NCBI GenBank assembly: GCA_036009605.1
Contig: DASYLL010000458.1
Coordinates: 8,829-72,828, forward strand
DNA length: 64,000 nt
DNA from: Thermoanaerobaculia bacterium
GTDB lineage: Bacteria > Acidobacteriota > Thermoanaerobaculia > Gp7-AA8
Reading direction: 5' to 3'
Below the pieces are notes generated by a model. It was not told the origin of the DNA, searched no databases, and saw nothing but the letters and a program-made list of their open reading frames with translations. The position numbers were made by a program, and so were the translations under genes. Each line of letters opens with the position of its first letter. Position 1 is the first letter of the stretch. Below, in pieces: positions 18,492 through 27,910 of the stretch.

Positions 18492-19481
18492 GTGTTCCTG
18501 AGTTATGATCCGCGCCGCTTGACACGCCCGAATCCCCTCCCTGTCGACTCCGTTCTCGAGCTCATCGGCAACACACCGATGGTCCGTCTCCGCAAGATCG
18601 GCGGCGGTGATGACGCCGAGATCTTCGTGAAGATGGAGCTCCTCAATCCCGGCTTCTCCGTCAAAGACCGCATCGGCATCGGCATGATCGAACGCGCCGA
18701 GCGCGATGGTCATCTGAAGCCCGGCGGAACGATCATCGAGCCGACTGCGGGCAACACCGGCGTCGGACTCGCGCTCGCCGGCGTGCAGAAGGGCTATCGC
18801 GTCATTCTCTGCGTCCCCGAGAATTTCTCGAAAGAGAAACGCGAAGTGATGAAGGCCCTCGGCGGCGAAGTGATCCTCACGCCGAAAGACGGCGGGATGA
18901 AAGCCGCGATCGCACTCGCGGAAAAACTCGCAACGGAGATCGAAGGCGCGTACGTTCCGCAGCAGTTCGCGAATCCGTACAACACCGAATCGCACTACGA
19001 GACCACCGGCGCCGAAATCTGGGAACAGATGGAAGGCCGCGTCGATGGCTGGGTTGCGGGCGCGGGCACCGGCGGCACGTTCACGGGCGTCGCCAAGTAC
19101 CTCCGCGAACGGAACCCCGACGTGCAGTGTTTCATCGTCGAGCCGCAGGGCTCGATTCTGAAAGGCGGCGAAGCGGGACCGCACGAAGTGGAAGGCATCG
19201 GCGCGTCGTCGTTCATCCCGCCCGTGCTCGACATGAGCCTCGCCACGGACGTCATCAAAGTCGATGACGATCCCGCCTTCGACATGGTCGCGCGACTCGC
19301 CGTCGAAGAAGGAATCCTCGGCGCATCGTCCGCCGGTGCAAACGTGACCGCTGCGCTCGAAGTGGCAAAACGACTCGGCCGCGGCAAACGCGTCGTGACG
19401 CTGATCCCCGACGCGAGTGAGCGCTATATGTCGAAGGGCATCTACGAGCGCTGGCGGAAGCAGGAAGATGACGCGAATTGA
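18492..19481 (+). CDS. cysK: Cysteine synthase (O-acetylserine sulfhydrylase)
   Basis: N-terminal LIGNTPMVRL motif; 329 aa. The exact start is uncertain. Confidence 0.85.
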   Translation: MFLSYDPRRLTRPNPLPVDSVLELIGNTPMVRLRKIGGGDDAEIFVKMELLNPGFSVKDRIGIGMIERAERDGHLKPGGTIIEPTAGNTGVGLALAGVQKGYRVILCVPENFSKEKREVMKALGGEVILTPKDGGMKAAIALAEKLATEIEGAYVPQQFANPYNTESHYETTGAEIWEQMEGRVDGWVAGAGTGGTFTGVAKYLRERNPDVQCFIVEPQGSILKGGEAGPHEVEGIGASSFIPPVLDMSLATDVIKVDDDPAFDMVARLAVEEGILGASSAGANVTAALEVAKRLGRGKRVVTLIPDASERYMSKGIYERWRKQEDDAN

Positions 19482-19564
19482 AAATTGAAGATTGAAAAAT
19501 CGCAGCGCCGGTCTCGCGAGACACGCTCCGATCTTTGCATTTTCAATTTTCAATTTTCAATTCC
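19476..19564 (+). terminator. AT-rich palindromic terminator/attenuator-like element (TTGAAAA x3 ... GGTCTCGCGAGAC ... TTTTCAA x3)
   Basis: A perfect 12 bp GC palindrome GTCTCGCGAGAC is flanked by inverted tandem heptamers. It begins inside the cysK stop codon and ends 20 bp before the next start. It is strikingly AT-rich for this genome. Confidence 0.5.
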
Positions 19565-19583
19565 GTGAGCGGAGCGAACGACC

Positions 19584-20723
19584 ATGGGTTTCTCGACAGA
19601 CTGCATCCACGCCGGCCAGGAGCCGGAACCGGAAACCGGCGCAGTCACGGTTCCGATTTTCCAGACATCAACCTATGTGCAACCGGAGCTCGGACGCCAC
19701 AAAGGCTATGAGTACGCGCGCACGAAGAATCCGACGCGTTCTGCGCTCGAAGCGAATCTCGCGGCACTCGAGCGCGGCAAGCACGGACACTGCTTCGCGT
19801 CCGGCATGTCCGCAACCGACACGGTCTTCCGTCTGCTGAAGTCGGGCGACCACGTCGTCGCCGGCGAGAACATGTACGGCGGTTCGTATCGTCTCTTCAG
19901 CCGCGTGCTCGAAAAATACGGTCTTTCCTTCACATACGTCGACACCTCGGACGTCGATGCCGTCAAACGCGCGCTGCAGCCGAACACGCGCATCGTGTTT
20001 CTCGAAACACCGACGAATCCGATGATGACCATCACGGACATCGCGGCATGCGCGGACGTCGCGCATCAGCAGGGCGCGCTGGTTGTCGTCGACAACACGT
20101 TCTGTTCGCCCTACATCCAGCGCCCGATCGAGCTCGGCGCGGACATCGTCGTGCACTCCACGACGAAGTACATCAACGGACATTCGGACTCGGTCGGCGG
20201 CGTCGTGGTCTCGAACTCGGATGAGATCGCGGAGCAGATCGGCTTCCTGCAGAACGCGGTTGGCGCGATCCTCTCGCCGATGGACTCGTTCCTCGTGCTG
20301 CGCGGCGTGAAGACGCTCGCGGTGCGCATGAAAGCGCACGAAGCCAACGGCCGCGCGCTCGCGCACTACATCTCCAATCATCCGAAGGTAAAGAAGACCT
20401 ACTACCCCGGCCTCCCCGATCATCCGCAGCACGAGCTCGCGAAACGCCAGATGAACGGCTTCGGGGCGATGCTCTCGTTCGAGCTCGGGTCGTACGAGAA
20501 CGCCAAGAAGTTTCTCGATCGCGTTCGCCTCTGCGCACTCGCGGAATCGCTCGGCGGCGTCGAGACGCTGATCTCGCACCCTGCGTCGATGACGCACGGC
20601 TCCGTTCCACCGGAAACGCGCGAACGCCTCGGCATCACGGGCGGTCTCGTGCGGATCTCCGTGGGCATCGAGGATGCCGAGGATCTGATCGCGGATGTGG
20701 AGAACGCGTTCGAAGGGGTTTGA
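19584..20723 (+). CDS. PLP-dependent transsulfuration enzyme (cystathionine gamma-synthase / gamma-lyase / beta-lyase family)
   Basis: 379 aa PLP-fold Cys/Met-metabolism enzyme with the PLP-lysine region HSTTKYINGHSD. Confidence 0.85.
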   Translation: MGFSTDCIHAGQEPEPETGAVTVPIFQTSTYVQPELGRHKGYEYARTKNPTRSALEANLAALERGKHGHCFASGMSATDTVFRLLKSGDHVVAGENMYGGSYRLFSRVLEKYGLSFTYVDTSDVDAVKRALQPNTRIVFLETPTNPMMTITDIAACADVAHQQGALVVVDNTFCSPYIQRPIELGADIVVHSTTKYINGHSDSVGGVVVSNSDEIAEQIGFLQNAVGAILSPMDSFLVLRGVKTLAVRMKAHEANGRALAHYISNHPKVKKTYYPGLPDHPQHELAKRQMNGFGAMLSFELGSYENAKKFLDRVRLCALAESLGGVETLISHPASMTHGSVPPETRERLGITGGLVRISVGIEDAEDLIADVENAFEGV

Positions 20724-21028
20724 GGTCATACTTTGCGCTCATGCGCGTGAACGAGATCTCTGACGCTCTCCCGGGCGCCGACTTCATTCGCGAAGGACTC
20801 CGCGACATCGCCGCGGGCGTCGAATCAGTTCCCGCGCTGCTCGTGCTCGTCGGCGCGCCGCGCCTTCGCGAGCTCGGCCTCGACGTTCCCGACACGCCGT
20901 ACTTCCCGGAAGATCGTCTCTACGCGAAACTCACCGAGTCGCATGGCGACGGCGCTCACTCGCAGTACAACGCGCTGATCCGGACTCTGGTCAGCTTCGA
21001 GCGCGCGGCAGAATGCGTGAGCCCGTAG
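20720..21028 (+). CDS. Hypothetical small protein, upstream partner of the nucleotidyltransferase-fold gene
   Basis: 102 aa. It overlaps the previous stop (non-ATG start in the ORF track; the internal ATG gives MRVNEISD...). Its 3' end overlaps the next gene by 16 bp. Confidence 0.4.
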   Translation: MRSYFALMRVNEISDALPGADFIREGLRDIAAGVESVPALLVLVGAPRLRELGLDVPDTPYFPEDRLYAKLTESHGDGAHSQYNALIRTLVSFERAAECVSP

Positions 21029-21537
21029 ACGCATCCCGCCTCCGGCGCTTCATGCGCGAGCTCGCAATGCGCTCGCACGCGAACGGTCGCGTCTATCTAA
21101 CCGGTGGAGCTTCGGCTGTTTTGCTGGAGTGGCGAAACAGTACTGTCGATGTCGACATCACGATCATCCCGGACGATGACCGAGTCTTGCGCGTCATTCC
21201 GGAGTTGAAAGAGACACTGCGGATCAACGTGGAGCTCGCGTCCCCGGCACACTTCATCCCGCCATTGCCCGGATGGGAAGAGCGCAGCCTCTTCATCGCG
21301 CGTGAAGGAACGCTGTCGTTTCATCACTACGACTTCTACTCGCAATGCCTTTCGAAGATCGAGCGCGGCCATCGCAAGGACAAGCAGGATGTCGCGGCAA
21401 TGTTCAGCAGCGGCCTTGTCGAGCCTGAGCGCCTCATGAAGCTTTTCGAGCAGATCGAGCCGGAGCTCTATCGCTATCCAGCCCTCGATCCAGCCCGTTT
21501 CCGCCGCACTGTCCTTTCCTCGCTCCCACTACAATAG
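21013..21537 (+). CDS. Minimal nucleotidyltransferase-fold protein (DUF6036/MNT-like)
   Basis: NTase signature near the N-terminus: VYLTGGASAVLLEWRNSTVDVDITII (hG[GS]...D.D); 174 aa. Confidence 0.5.
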   Translation: MREPVDASRLRRFMRELAMRSHANGRVYLTGGASAVLLEWRNSTVDVDITIIPDDDRVLRVIPELKETLRINVELASPAHFIPPLPGWEERSLFIAREGTLSFHHYDFYSQCLSKIERGHRKDKQDVAAMFSSGLVEPERLMKLFEQIEPELYRYPALDPARFRRTVLSSLPLQ

Positions 21538-21544
21538 CCGCCGC

Positions 21545-22192
21545 ATGTTGCCTGGGTTGGTGGTGGTGCTCGCGTATCTGATCGGCTCCATACCGTTCAG
21601 TTTCCTCGTCGTGAAGCTCGTGGCCGGGAAAGACGTCCGCGAGCACGGGAGTCAGAACGTCGGCGCGACGAATGTCGCGCGCACCGCGGGCAAGATCCCG
21701 GGGATCATCGCGCTGCTGCTCGACATCGCCAAGGGCTACTGCGCGGTCGTGATTGCATGGACCATCGTCAGGTCCGCGGCGTGGCCGTTCGAGCCGGGTA
21801 TCCGGCCGTGGGAATCGGTCGCGATGTGGACGGCGCTCGCGGGACTCATCGCGGTTCTCGGCCACATGTTTCCGGTCTGGCTGCGTTTTCATGGCGGCAA
21901 GGGCGTCGCGACGGCAACTGGTGTTTTTCTCGCGCTCGATCCGATCGCCGTCGCCGGCGCATTGATCGTCTTCGCGATCGTGCTGCTCGCATCGCGGTAT
22001 GTCTCACTCGCATCGATCCTCAGCTCGGCTTCGATTCCGCTGTTCTTTCATTACCTCCTCCACGAACCGTTCTGGTACGTCGCGATCAGCATCGGCATCT
22101 CCATCATCGTGATCCTGAAACATCACTCCAACATCGCGCGTCTGGTGCAGGGCACCGAGCGGAAGCTTGGCCAGAAGAAGGAGTCGCAATGA
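21545..22192 (+). CDS. plsY: Glycerol-3-phosphate acyltransferase
   Basis: 215 aa polytopic protein with the PlsY-like motif GSQNVGATNVARTAG. Confidence 0.9.
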   Translation: MLPGLVVVLAYLIGSIPFSFLVVKLVAGKDVREHGSQNVGATNVARTAGKIPGIIALLLDIAKGYCAVVIAWTIVRSAAWPFEPGIRPWESVAMWTALAGLIAVLGHMFPVWLRFHGGKGVATATGVFLALDPIAVAGALIVFAIVLLASRYVSLASILSSASIPLFFHYLLHEPFWYVAISIGISIIVILKHHSNIARLVQGTERKLGQKKESQ

Positions 22193-23187
22193 GGATCTCC
22201 GTGATCGGAGCCGGTTCGTTCGGCACGGCAATGGCCGTGGCCGCGGCGCGCGCCGGCAACGACGTCGTGCTCTGGGCGCACGATCCAGAGGTTGCGGAAC
22301 GCATTCGCGATACAGGCGCGAATCCCGACTATCTCGCCGGCATGCCGCTGAGCGAGCGCATTCACGCGACGAACGATCTCGAAGAAGCCGCCACCTTTTG
22401 CGACACGATGTTCATGGTCGTGCCGAGCCATCACTATCGCGAGGTGCTCACCAACCTCCGCGGCCACGTGCGCGATTCGGTGAAGGTGATCTCGGGAACG
22501 AAAGGCATCGAAAACGAATCGCTCGAACGGATGTCCGAGGTCACGTCGCACGTCCTCGGCGATCAACTCGCTGCGTTCGCGGTTCTCTCCGGTCCGACGT
22601 TCGCGATCGAGACCGCACGCGGCGATCCCACGGCCGCGGTCATCGCATCGAAGCACGCGGAGTTCGCGCAGGAAGTGCAGAAGGTGATGTCGAGTCCGTC
22701 GCTGCGTCTCTATCATTCGAGCGATGTGGTCGGCGTCGAGCTCGCGGGCTCGCTGAAGAACGTCATCGCCATCGCCGCCGGCGTGCTCGAAGGCATGGGC
22801 CTCGGATCGAACACCACCGCCGCACTCATCACGCGCGGCTTGCACGAGATGACGCGCCTCGGACTCGCATTGGGCGGCCGCCTCGAAACGTTCGCGGGTC
22901 TCGCGGGCATGGGCGATCTCGTGCTCACGTGCACTGGCGCACTCTCGCGCAATCGCACCGTCGGCGTGCTCCTCGGCAAAGGACAGACCCTCGAGCAGAT
23001 CCTGAGCGAATCGAAGTTCGTAGCCGAGGGGATCAAGACTTCGAAATCGGCACGCGCGCTTTCGGAGCGGCATGTGATCGAGATGCCGATCGCGACGGAA
23101 ATGTGCCGCGTGCTCTACGACGGCGAGTCGCCGCGCGAAGGCGTGAAGCGTTTGATGACGAGATCACTCAAAGCCGAGGTGGCGTAG
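22189..23187 (+). CDS. gpsA: NAD(P)H-dependent glycerol-3-phosphate dehydrogenase
   Basis: From MRISVIGAGSFGTAMA... (Rossmann GxGxxG), 332 aa. It has an ATGA overlap with plsY. The ORF-track N-terminal extension is trimmed. Confidence 0.9.
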   Translation: MRISVIGAGSFGTAMAVAAARAGNDVVLWAHDPEVAERIRDTGANPDYLAGMPLSERIHATNDLEEAATFCDTMFMVVPSHHYREVLTNLRGHVRDSVKVISGTKGIENESLERMSEVTSHVLGDQLAAFAVLSGPTFAIETARGDPTAAVIASKHAEFAQEVQKVMSSPSLRLYHSSDVVGVELAGSLKNVIAIAAGVLEGMGLGSNTTAALITRGLHEMTRLGLALGGRLETFAGLAGMGDLVLTCTGALSRNRTVGVLLGKGQTLEQILSESKFVAEGIKTSKSARALSERHVIEMPIATEMCRVLYDGESPREGVKRLMTRSLKAEVA

Positions 23188-23279
23188 AAAGCTGCCCCTA
23201 TGTCATTGTGAAATCAGCGAGTTAGCAACGCTTCGAACTGGCCCTGCGGTTGCACTATGCAAGCCTGTACGGAGGATTC

Positions 23280-23429
23280 ATGCTGAACTTTCTGAAGAGC
23301 CTTCTCGTCTTTCGCATCGGCCAGACATCGGCTCGCGGCGCTGCACGTCTGTTTGGTTTCAAACGCTTCGGACTGCTGATCGGGCTGGTCGGCGGGTACC
23401 GCGCGATCAAGCGCCACAAACACGCCTAA
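23280..23429 (+). CDS. Possible small protein (49 aa, basic, one hydrophobic segment)
   Basis: GGAGGA RBS 4 nt upstream of the ATG; product MLNFLKSLLVFRIGQTSARGAARLFGFKRFGLLIGLVGGYRAIKRHKHA. It is below the ORF-track length cutoff. Confidence 0.35.
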   Translation: MLNFLKSLLVFRIGQTSARGAARLFGFKRFGLLIGLVGGYRAIKRHKHA

Positions 23430-23484
23430 TGTAGTTGCGGAGCGCTGTCGGGTAGGATGTCCGGCGGATGACTGCAGAGTGAAA

Positions 23485-23874
23485 TCACCGCGGCGGCTTT
23501 TGCTCGGCTTCCTGCGCGTCGTCGATCGTGTCGAGCATCCCTTCTTCGGCAGCTGCTGCCGCGCGCGCCTTGCGGCGCTCGCGTTTGTCCGCCGCCCTCT
23601 TGTCCTCGGCGGCCTGAGTGAGCGGCCTGATCTTCTGCGCCTTTCCGGCAACAACGGGTTTGGCGGAAGGGACAACCGGAAGCGCGCTCAGAACGATCGG
23701 GGGCTGAAACTTCGTCGTGGTAACGCGGCCCTTGCTGGTCTTCACGGTTTCGTTGGTGATGACCTTCTTCGGCACCTTCGCGCGGCCGTTGCGTTTGGCG
23801 GCGGCGACGAGCGGCGAGTCTTCGCTCGCGAAGAGCGGAATCGCGAACAACAGCAACAGCGTCAGTGGTTTCAT
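23485..23874 (-). CDS. Secreted Lys/Ala-rich hypothetical protein
   Basis: Signal peptide MKPLTLLLLFAIPLFA, with a basic, low-complexity C-terminus. The start is trimmed to Met 11 of the track ORF. Confidence 0.5.
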   Translation of the reverse strand: MKPLTLLLLFAIPLFASEDSPLVAAAKRNGRAKVPKKVITNETVKTSKGRVTTTKFQPPIVLSALPVVPSAKPVVAGKAQKIRPLTQAAEDKRAADKRERRKARAAAAAEEGMLDTIDDAQEAEQKPPR

Positions 23875-23933
23875 GAGCGGCAGTTCGGTCAGTCTACGGC
23901 ACACGTCCCGAATCTTGCAGTCGAGCCCAACTG

Positions 23934-24497
23934 ATGTCCCCCGAATCCCTGCTCGAGCAGTTCGGTTATTTCGCCGTTTTCATCGGCACGTTCCTCGAGG
24001 GAGAAGCGATTCTCGTGGCGGCGGGCTTCTTCGCGTCGCGCGGATATCTCGAAGTCGTACCGGTCGCGGGCGTGGCCTTCGCGGGCGCGTATTTCGGCCA
24101 TCTCTTCTGGTTCTGGCTCGGACGCGCGCATGGAGTGAAACTACTCGACCGCTTCCCGAAGATGCAGCGCCACTTCGGGAAAAGCGTGCGCGTCTTCGAG
24201 CGCTACGGCCCCGCCGCGATCATCCTCACGCAATGGATCTACGGACTGAGGATCACCTGCGCGGTGATCATCGGCATGTCGAAGATCAAGCTCGTGAAGT
24301 TTCTGATCTACGAAGCGGTGAGCTGCGCGATCTGGGCGGCCGCGATCACCGCGCTCGGTTATTACTTCGGCCGCGTCATCGAATCGGTGCTCGGACGCGT
24401 CGAGCACATCGAAAAGTACGGGCTCATCATCATCGTGGCCATCGCCGTCGGCTTCTGGTTGTATCACCGATGGAAAGAGCGCCGCGCCGACGCGTGA
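23934..24497 (+). CDS. DedA/SNARE-associated (VTT domain) membrane protein
   Basis: 187 aa with the typical DedA core FLEGEAILVAAGFFA...WFWLGR. Confidence 0.8.
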   Translation: MSPESLLEQFGYFAVFIGTFLEGEAILVAAGFFASRGYLEVVPVAGVAFAGAYFGHLFWFWLGRAHGVKLLDRFPKMQRHFGKSVRVFERYGPAAIILTQWIYGLRITCAVIIGMSKIKLVKFLIYEAVSCAIWAAAITALGYYFGRVIESVLGRVEHIEKYGLIIIVAIAVGFWLYHRWKERRADA

Positions 24498-24529
24498 ACG
24501 GGCGATAGCCCACCTATCGCCCGTTCACC
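24495..24529. terminator. Bidirectional terminator-like hairpin between convergent dedA and lipoprotein genes
   Basis: GTGAACGGGCGATAG-CCCACC-CTATCGCCCGTTCAC, a perfect 15 bp inverted repeat. Confidence 0.5.
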
Positions 24530-24544
24530 CAAAACCTGCTCGGA

Positions 24545-24829
24545 TCAGCCTTCGATGTTGATGCGGGTGGCGCTGGTGCCCGTTGCCCACACCATGACGC
24601 GCTGTCCCTTGGACAGGTACGACTGGCTGGTCTGGACGCCTTCCGGCGAGAAGTAGGTCGTGCGGTTGGAGAGCGTGTAGGTGGTCGGTGCACCGCCCGC
24701 GGTCGCAACCGTGACAGTGGTGCCGTTGACGTCGGTAACGACGCCGGTCGTGCCCGGAGCCATGGTGGCGCAAGCTCCGAGAATCAGTGCGAATACGGCG
24801 AGGAGGAGGAGGCTACGCTTCATGTTCAT
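24545..24829 (-). CDS. Small lipoprotein
   Basis: Signal peptide plus lipobox LLLAVFALILGAC; Thr/Gly-rich; 94 aa. Confidence 0.55.
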   Translation of the reverse strand: MNMKRSLLLLAVFALILGACATMAPGTTGVVTDVNGTTVTVATAGGAPTTYTLSNRTTYFSPEGVQTSQSYLSKGQRVMVWATGTSATRINIEG

Positions 24830-24964
24830 TTCCCTCTTACTGGTGTTGGATTTTTAACGCGCTCATTCATTTCGCGTCTAACGACTACAACGATTGAAAT
24901 CGAATGAGGTTTGGGGAAATCGGCAACGAAAGCGTGAACGCCTTGTGTCAGGTGTTGTTCACAG

Positions 24965-25059
24965 GTTTGGAGTGCGGCAGCCGCAGCTGCCGCCTTTGTA
25001 TGCGACAGCGCTGCGCACGAACATACGAAAGCGGCAGCTGCGGCTACCGCACTCCAAAC
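24965..25059. repeat. Palindromic repeat family D copy 1 (GGAGTGCGGCAGCCGCAGCTGCCGC arms, nested inner palindrome)
   Basis: GTTTGGAGTGCGGCAGCCGCAGCTGCCGC ... GCGGCAGCTGCGGCTACCGCACTCCAAAC, immediately after the ppdK stop. Confidence 0.7.
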
Positions 25060-25064
25060 TGAAG

Positions 25065-27815
25065 CTAACCTTCGTATGCTTTGCGTTCGAGCTCGGCCTG
25101 CGCAGCGGCGAGGCGAGCGACCGGCACGCGGTACGGCGAGCACGACACGTAGTTCAGTCCGACCGAACGGAAGAAGCGGATCGAATCAGGATCGCCGCCG
25201 TGCTCTCCGCAGACGCCGACCTTCAGTTTCGCGTTCGCGCTGCGCCCGCGCTCGGTGCCGATGCGCACGAGCTGTCCGACGCCTTCCTGATCGATCGACT
25301 CGAACGGATCCTTCGGCAGAATTTTCTTGTCGACATACTCCGGAAGGAACGTCCCGGCGTCATCGCGCGAGTAGCCGAACGTCATCTGTGTCAGATCATT
25401 CGTACCGAACGAGAAGAACTCCGCGGTCTCGGCGAGCTTGTCCGCGATCAATGCCGCGCGCGGAATCTCGATCATCGTCCCGACGAGATACTCGATCTCG
25501 ACACCGGCCGCTTCCATCACTTCTTTCGCAACGCGGCGCACGACTTCCGTCGTCAGCTGCAGCTCTTTCGTCGTGCCGACCAGCGGGATCATCACTTCGG
25601 GACGCACGTCCACGCCGTCTTTCTTCACATCGCACGCGGCCTGGAAGATCGCACGCACCTGCATTTCGTAAATTTCTGGATAGGTGATGCCGAGGCGGCA
25701 GCCGCGATGGCCGAGCATGGGATTGAGCTCGTGGAGTTGCGCGACTTTGTTGCGCAGCTCGACGAAGCCCCAGTTCATCTCGCGCGCGACCGAGGAGATC
25801 TGCGACTCGGTCTGCGGCAGGAACTCGTGCAGCGGCGGATCGAGCAGGCGCACGGTCACGGGCATCCCGTCGAGCGCGCGGAAGATCCCTTCGAAGTCGG
25901 CTTTCTGGAATGGCAACAGCTCGTCGAGCGCCTTGCGCCTCCCCGCTTCGTTGCGCGCGAGAATCATCTCGCGCACGCGCAGGATGCGCTCGTCCGCGAA
26001 GAACATGTGCTCGGTACGGCAGAGACCGATCCCGTGCGCGCCGAAGAGCCGCGCCACGCGCGCGTCGTTCGGCGTGTCCGCGTTCGTGCGAATGTCGAGC
26101 GTGCGGATTCCATCCGCCCACGTCAGCAGACGATCGAAGTTGCGATACGTCTCCGAGTCTTCCGCCTTCATCGACTCTTCGATCAGAACCTGCACGACCT
26201 CGGAAGGCCGCGTCGGCAACTCGCCGCCGAGGATCTCGCCGGTGGTGCCGTCGATCGAAAGCCAGTCGCCCTCTTCGAGCGGCTCGTGTCCTTCGCTGCG
26301 CAGCTCGCCTTTGCCGTAATCGACGCGCAGCGATCCCGCGCCGACGATGCACGGACGACCCATGCCGCGTGCGACGACGGCCGCGTGCGACGTGAGTCCA
26401 CCGCGCGTCGTGAGAATGCCGGCTGCGCTGTGCATGCCGGCGATGTCTTCCGGCGATGTCTCGATGCGCACCAGAATGACGGGACCGTCTTTCGCCATGC
26501 GCACGGCGTTGTCCGCGTTGAATGCGATGCGTCCCGTCGCTGCGCCGGGACCGGCGGGCAATCCGCGCCCGAGCAGACGTCCGCCGTTCAGCGCTTTGTT
26601 CTTTTCTTTCGTGTCGAACACCGGCGCCAGGAGCTGGATGATCTGATTCGCTTCGACGCGCTCGATCGCTTCGGTGTTGCTGATGAGCGTTTCGTCGACC
26701 ATGTCGCACGCGATCTTCACGGCCGCGAATCCGGTGCGTTTGCCGGTGCGCGTCTGCAGCAGGTACAGCTTCCGCGACTGGATCGTGAACTCGATGTCCT
26801 GCATGTCGCGGTAGTGCGACTCGAGTTTCTGGTAGACGTCGACGAGCTGCTCGTAGACGTCGGGGAACATCTCTTCGAGCGACGTCTCGCCGCTGCCTTC
26901 GACGACCTGCGCTTTCGAGATCGGCAGCGGCGTGCGGATGCCGGCGACGACGTCCTCGCCCTGCGCGTTCGGAAGGTACTCGCCGAAGAACTTCTTCTCG
27001 CCCGTCGACGGATTGCGCGTGAACGCGACGCCCGTCGCGCAGTCATCGCCCATGTTGCCGAAGACCATCGACTGCACGTTGACGGCGGTACCCCAGTCAT
27101 CGGGGATCTGATTGAGCTTGCGATAGGTGATCGCGCGCTGGTTGTTCCACGAGTTGAACACCGCGCCGACCGCGCCCCACAGTTGTTCGTTCACGTCCTG
27201 CGGGAACTCGGCGCCGAGCTTCTCGCGCACGATTCCTTTGTACGTGGCCACGAGCTCGCGCAGCGATTCCGCGGGAATCGCTGCATCGTTCTGCGCACCG
27301 ACGCGCTCGCGCAACGCGTGCAGCTCGTGCTCGAAATGCTCGCGATGGATCTCGAGCACGACGTCGGAGTACATCTGAATGAAACGGCGGTACGAGTCGA
27401 GCGCGAAACGCTCATCGCCCGACGAGCGCGCGAGACCCTGCACGGTCGCGTCGTTGAGGCCGAGGTTGAGGATCGTGTCCATCATGCCGGGCATCGACGC
27501 GCGCGCACCGGACCGGACGGAAACGAGCAGCGGCTTTTCGTCGTCGCCGAACCTGCGTCCGACGGACGCTTCGACCTTCGCGAGATTCTCCGCGACGGAA
27601 TCCTTCAGCTGCGGCGGATAGGTTTTGTCGTGATCGTAGAAGTACGTGCAGACGCCGGTGGAGATCGTGAATCCGGGAGGAACGGGAACGCCGATGTTCG
27701 TCATCTCGGCGAGGCCTGCGCCCTTGCCGCCGAGGACATCTTTCATCTTTGCGTTGCCCTCGGCCTGCCCATCGCCGAAGTAGTAGACGTACTTGCCTTC
27801 TTCACTCATCGTCAT
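25065..27815 (-). CDS. ppdK: Pyruvate, phosphate dikinase
   Basis: 916 aa from MTMSEEGKYVYYFGDG.... It has the PEP-utilising phospho-His region GGLTSHAAVVARGMG and a C-terminal PEP/pyruvate-binding TIM barrel. The ORF-track extension to 28565 is trimmed. Confidence 0.9.
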   Translation of the reverse strand: MTMSEEGKYVYYFGDGQAEGNAKMKDVLGGKGAGLAEMTNIGVPVPPGFTISTGVCTYFYDHDKTYPPQLKDSVAENLAKVEASVGRRFGDDEKPLLVSVRSGARASMPGMMDTILNLGLNDATVQGLARSSGDERFALDSYRRFIQMYSDVVLEIHREHFEHELHALRERVGAQNDAAIPAESLRELVATYKGIVREKLGAEFPQDVNEQLWGAVGAVFNSWNNQRAITYRKLNQIPDDWGTAVNVQSMVFGNMGDDCATGVAFTRNPSTGEKKFFGEYLPNAQGEDVVAGIRTPLPISKAQVVEGSGETSLEEMFPDVYEQLVDVYQKLESHYRDMQDIEFTIQSRKLYLLQTRTGKRTGFAAVKIACDMVDETLISNTEAIERVEANQIIQLLAPVFDTKEKNKALNGGRLLGRGLPAGPGAATGRIAFNADNAVRMAKDGPVILVRIETSPEDIAGMHSAAGILTTRGGLTSHAAVVARGMGRPCIVGAGSLRVDYGKGELRSEGHEPLEEGDWLSIDGTTGEILGGELPTRPSEVVQVLIEESMKAEDSETYRNFDRLLTWADGIRTLDIRTNADTPNDARVARLFGAHGIGLCRTEHMFFADERILRVREMILARNEAGRRKALDELLPFQKADFEGIFRALDGMPVTVRLLDPPLHEFLPQTESQISSVAREMNWGFVELRNKVAQLHELNPMLGHRGCRLGITYPEIYEMQVRAIFQAACDVKKDGVDVRPEVMIPLVGTTKELQLTTEVVRRVAKEVMEAAGVEIEYLVGTMIEIPRAALIADKLAETAEFFSFGTNDLTQMTFGYSRDDAGTFLPEYVDKKILPKDPFESIDQEGVGQLVRIGTERGRSANAKLKVGVCGEHGGDPDSIRFFRSVGLNYVSCSPYRVPVARLAAAQAELERKAYEG

Positions 27816-27852
27816 GGCAGCGCGATTATCTTCCAAGTCGGATGGTGGACAA

Positions 27853-27906
27853 CCCCTCATCCGCCTTCGGCAGCTTCTCCCCTCACGAGGGGAGAAGGCC
27901 GAGAGG
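27853..27906. repeat. Palindromic repeat family C copy 2 (half element)
   Basis: CCCCTCATCCGCCTTCGGCAGCTTCTCCCCTCACGAGGGGAGAAGGCCGAGAG, lying between the ppdK start and the lipoprotein gene end. Confidence 0.7.
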
Positions 27907-27910
27907 TTGG

